A stretch of 64,000 bases of DNA from Octopus vulgaris (taxonomy: Eukaryota). This document shows, piece after piece, positions 60,400-64,000 of the stretch. The translations under genes were made by a program, and so were the position numbers. The stretch lies in NCBI GenBank assembly GCA_951406725.2, contig OX597821.1:42842001-42906000 (forward strand). The letters run 5' to 3'. The notes under the pieces were generated by a model. The model was not told where the DNA came from. It did not search any database and worked only from the letters and a program-made list of their open reading frames with translations. How positions within the stretch are numbered: the stretch's first letter is position 1; every line of letters begins with the position of its first letter.

Positions 60400-61420
60400 C
60401 AAAATACTGGAAACAGTTTATAGCTGTTCAAGTGTGTGTTATTAAATAGAAAAACAGTTAGTACGAATCACCATAAGACATTTTTGTGTATAAATATATT
60501 GTCTATTCTGTGTTCACCTTTTGTGGTGAAAGCATGTAGTATGATACAAAAACATGTATGTTTACATACAAAGAGAGATTTGATTTTTGCTTTTGCAACA
60601 ACACCTTGTGACACACATAACACTTATTTTGGCTATACTTCTTAAAACCCAACCCAACAGGTATTTTGTTGTCCAGATATTTTTACATGATTTGAAGGTT
60701 TTTTGATATTCTGAGTCCGAAAATAGAATCCATTTTTTTGGCTGTTGTGTCTAGATTTTAAGATACACCTCACCAATCATCAGTGGGTGATATGTGTGAA
60801 CTTTAAGAAGGTCAATATGCTCTTGGGGCAACAAAGTGGATACACCAAATATCCATGCTTTTTATGTATGTGGAGCAGCAGAACCAAGGAAACACATATA
60901 TGAAGGATATGAGATGCTGGTAGTTGAGTTGAGTTCTGACTACTTATAATGAATGGACAATAAAAGAATTTTATTTCAGCACAAAAATATTTTCCCTATT
61001 AGTCATGAATTAAAAATGTGACAACAAAGTCTACACACTGAAAAGGACAATTCTATAGCTCTTACAAATAGTTGATTAAAAAGGCTCTTTAATTATGCTG
61101 TCAATATAGGAGAAAATATACACACTAGATTCATGTTGGTGAACTAGAGCTGCTGTCTTGGTTGAGTAAAGAGTCATGAAAACAACTGTTAAAAGCAACA
61201 AAATGAGAATGTAGTTAGCTTAGCTGCAGGTAGCCACAAGCTGAAGTTTGGTGCTCAAAACATGTTGATTTGTAATCTTTGTAAAGGAATATTATAGCAG
61301 CCTCTAGAAAGAAGATTCACATGACATCGTAATGCTGATGGGTCCATAACTCTGCTGATCACAGGAAAATGCTATTGTTAAGCCATGATTTTGACTTGGT
61401 GGTTTGTTGATTCAGTTTTG
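60400..61420 (+). mobile_element. Degraded Chapaev3-like DNA transposase relic
   Basis: HQWVICVNFKKVNMLLGQQSGYTKYPCFLCMW at ~60779-60873 and a weak RFH.DI-like remnant near 61310; boundaries approximate. Confidence 0.6.
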
Positions 61421-61547
61421 AATCTTGCTATACATGTAAAAAAAATGCAGCAAAGAAATATTTACAGAATGTTTTTATCACCATATTAATATGCTTTGGT
61501 CAAATGTGTGATATTGTCATGTGGTTCATTAATAGGTGAGTTGAAAA

Positions 61548-61616
<69 letters not shown>

Positions 61617-61648
61617 GAGTGTTAGTGGTGGAGAGCTTGGTGAAAGGA

Positions 61649-61746
61649 ATTGCTATTACATTATCTAATTATTTAGTTGTAGGAAGATATCTATATATAT
61701 CTATATATCTTCCTACGACTAAATAATTAGATAATGTAATAGCAAT
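61649..61746. repeat. Short near-perfect palindrome with (TA)-rich centre
   Basis: attgctattacattatctaattatttagt(t/c)gtaggaagatat and its reverse complement. Confidence 0.9.
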
Positions 61747-61838
61747 ATATATATATATCATCATCATCGTTTAACGTCAAGTCATCTAAGAGTCCATACA
61801 TCAGGAAAAATATACTTGTATATCTGTCAATAGACTGC

Positions 61839-62457
61839 GTATATTATCCAAAGTGTACAGTATTATATATTCATTATGGCTGATCTTATGAATCAGGTTC
61901 ACGCTAGGGATTCAATAGCATTAGATAACAACCTGATTATGTAACCCTACATTCATCAGAGGTAGCTGATATGGAATGAAATATGGCGACTGTTCTCTAT
62001 TGTTGGAGGTGAATATACACATCCAGTTTGTGCTTGCTTGCCCACACCCCCTGAAAGATTATACATATACTACCACTACACAAATTCTATTTCTACAAGA
62101 ACACCAACCTTAAGTACATGCATGTTTTCCACAAGCACTTCAAGATAACTCTTATCGACTTGCAACATACCCACCCCAGTGGTGATGTTTTGGTACTGAG
62201 GGACATATCTCTTAACTCAATGCCGTTTTCGTTTCGCTTCATCATCTTTTTCACAGCAACCACAAACTGCATTTGTCTATTCACCTTCAATAATAGAGAG
62301 CAGTTGCTATATTTCATTCCATATGGGCTATCTCTGACAAGTGTTGGGTTACATAATCGGATTGTTACCTAACACTCCATTGAATCTCTAGTGTAAAACT
62401 AATTGGTAAGATCAGTTGTAATGGACATATAATACTGTATACTTAAGATAATATATA
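61839..62457. repeat. Old inverted repeat (~200-bp diverged arms), probable MITE
   Basis: 61839-62039 matches the reverse complement of 62254-62457; the right end abuts the RTE insertion. Confidence 0.75.
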
Positions 62458-62460
62458 TAT

Positions 62461-63601
62461 AAGTAGTTGATAGCTTCCGTTATCTAGGTGACCAAGTCAG
62501 TAGTGGGGGTGGGTGCGCTGAGAGTGTAACTGCTAGAATAAGAATAGCCTGGGCAAAGTTTAGGGAGCTCTTACCTCTGCTGGTGACTAAAGGCCTCTCG
62601 CTCAGAGTAAAAGGCAGACTGTATGATGCATGTGTACGAACTGCCATGCTACATGGCAGTGAAACATGGGCCGTGACTGCTGAGGACATGCGTAAGCTCA
62701 TGAGGAATGAAGCCAGTATGCTCCCATGGATGTGTAATGTCAGTGTACTTACTCGACAGAGCGTTAGTTCCTTGAGAGAAATGTTGTACCTAAGATGTTG
62801 TGGTGTACAAGAGAGACGATTGCGCTGGTATGGTCATGTGGCGAGAATGGATGAAGATAGGTGTGTGAGAAAGTGCCAATCCCTAGCAGTTGAGGGAACC
62901 CGTGGAAGAGGTAGACCCAGGAAAACCTGGGACGAGGTGGTGAAGCACGACCTTCGAACGTTAGGTCTCACCATGGAAATGACTAGAGACCGAGACCTAT
63001 GGAAGTATGCTGTGCGTGAGAAGACCCGGCAAGACTAGTGAAGCCATAACCCGTGGCCCCTACCTGGGACGTAGTCAGTCCACCTGTGCATACCTTCCTG
63101 CTTGTGACACTTGTGAAGACCTGTTGAGGCAAGTGAAAATCAAATCAAATCAAATCAAACCAAATCAAAATAGATGAACATCAATGGAATTTGTATCCTT
63201 GTGGTACCAGTGCCGGTGGCACATAAGAAAACCATCTGAACGGGACCGTAGCCAGTACCGCATCGACTGGCCTCCGTGCTGTGGGCACGTAACAAACACC
63301 ATCCGATCGTGGCCGTTCGCCAGCCTCGTCTGGCACCTGTGTCGGTGGCACATAAGAAAACACCGAAAACACCATCCGAGCGTGGCCGTCTGCCAGCCTC
63401 GTCTGGCACCTGTGTCGGTGGCACATAAAATCACCCACTACACTCTCGGAGTGGTTGGCGTTAGGAAGGGCATCCAGCTGTAGAAACACTGCCAGATCTG
63501 ACTGGCCTGGTGCAGCCTTCGGGCTTGCCAGACCCCAGTTGAACCGTCCAACCCATGCTAGCATGGAAAACGGACGTTAAACGATGATGATGATGATGAT
63601 G
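62461..63601 (+). mobile_element. 5'-truncated RTE LINE
   Basis: VDSFRYLGD..ARIRIAWAKFRELLPLL..RRLRWYGHVARM..GRGRPRKTW; tandem 3' UTR units and (GAT)n tail. Confidence 0.92.
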
Positions 63602-64000
63602 TTTGTATGTACAGAGAGAGAGAGAGAAAGAGAGAGAGAGCGAGACAAAGTGGGGTAATTTACTGCAGGGAATGCAGGAGACACATGCATCTCTACAAGC
63701 CTCACTTACACACTGTATATCCATCATTTGATTATTATTGGCACGTTCAAATCATTATAGCCATTACATGGTTATAATCGGCACCTTCGAATTATAATTA
63801 TTACACCTTACACATGAACAATGATATTAACTTATTAAAAATCATCAACTTATTTTAAATTACATTTGCGAGATAATAAATTATCAATATCACTTTGAAT
63901 ATTACATATTTTTTTTCTAAACTCTAGAAATGATCTTTTTTACTTCACTTTTTAGCAATAGCATATTACCATCATTGGATTATTATTGGCGTGTTCAGAT

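Noticed and set aside
63721-64000. ccatcatt.gattattattggc repeated ~248 bp apart
   Set aside because: Truncated by the window edge, so a satellite cannot be distinguished from a local duplication.

Overview
AT-rich, microsatellite- and transposon-dense eukaryotic genomic DNA. The tRNA-derived SINEs, (GAT)n-tailed RTE LINEs and (TA)n/(CA)n tracts look like a coleoid cephalopod, probably Octopus (inference). One intact host gene was reconstructed by hand: a cytosolic sulfotransferase with five coding exons on the minus strand (30837->21139, 289 aa, all introns GT-AG). The rest is mobile DNA: CR1, RTE, Tx1/L1-like and HERO-like LINEs, Penelope-like remnants, a Gypsy relic, mariner, pogo and Chapaev3-like relics, Helitrons, GG-terminated MITEs with 8-bp TSDs, and many foldbacks. 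The most interesting signal is RNA structure. (i) A hammerhead-like motif lies in the 3' UTR of the HERO-like segment (54895-54957), with its three strands in reversed, non-circularly permuted order. (ii) Six minimal type-I hammerhead motifs at five loci have palindromic or near-palindromic stem III and use three different 3-8 base pairs (C-G, G-C, U-A); two loci sit in foldbacks that place a motif on both strands. (iii) A Tx1 shell at a (TC)n microsatellite has most of its ORF2 replaced by HERO RT plus restriction-like endonuclease. All structures were paired by eye, and family assignments come from recalled motifs rather than database searches.
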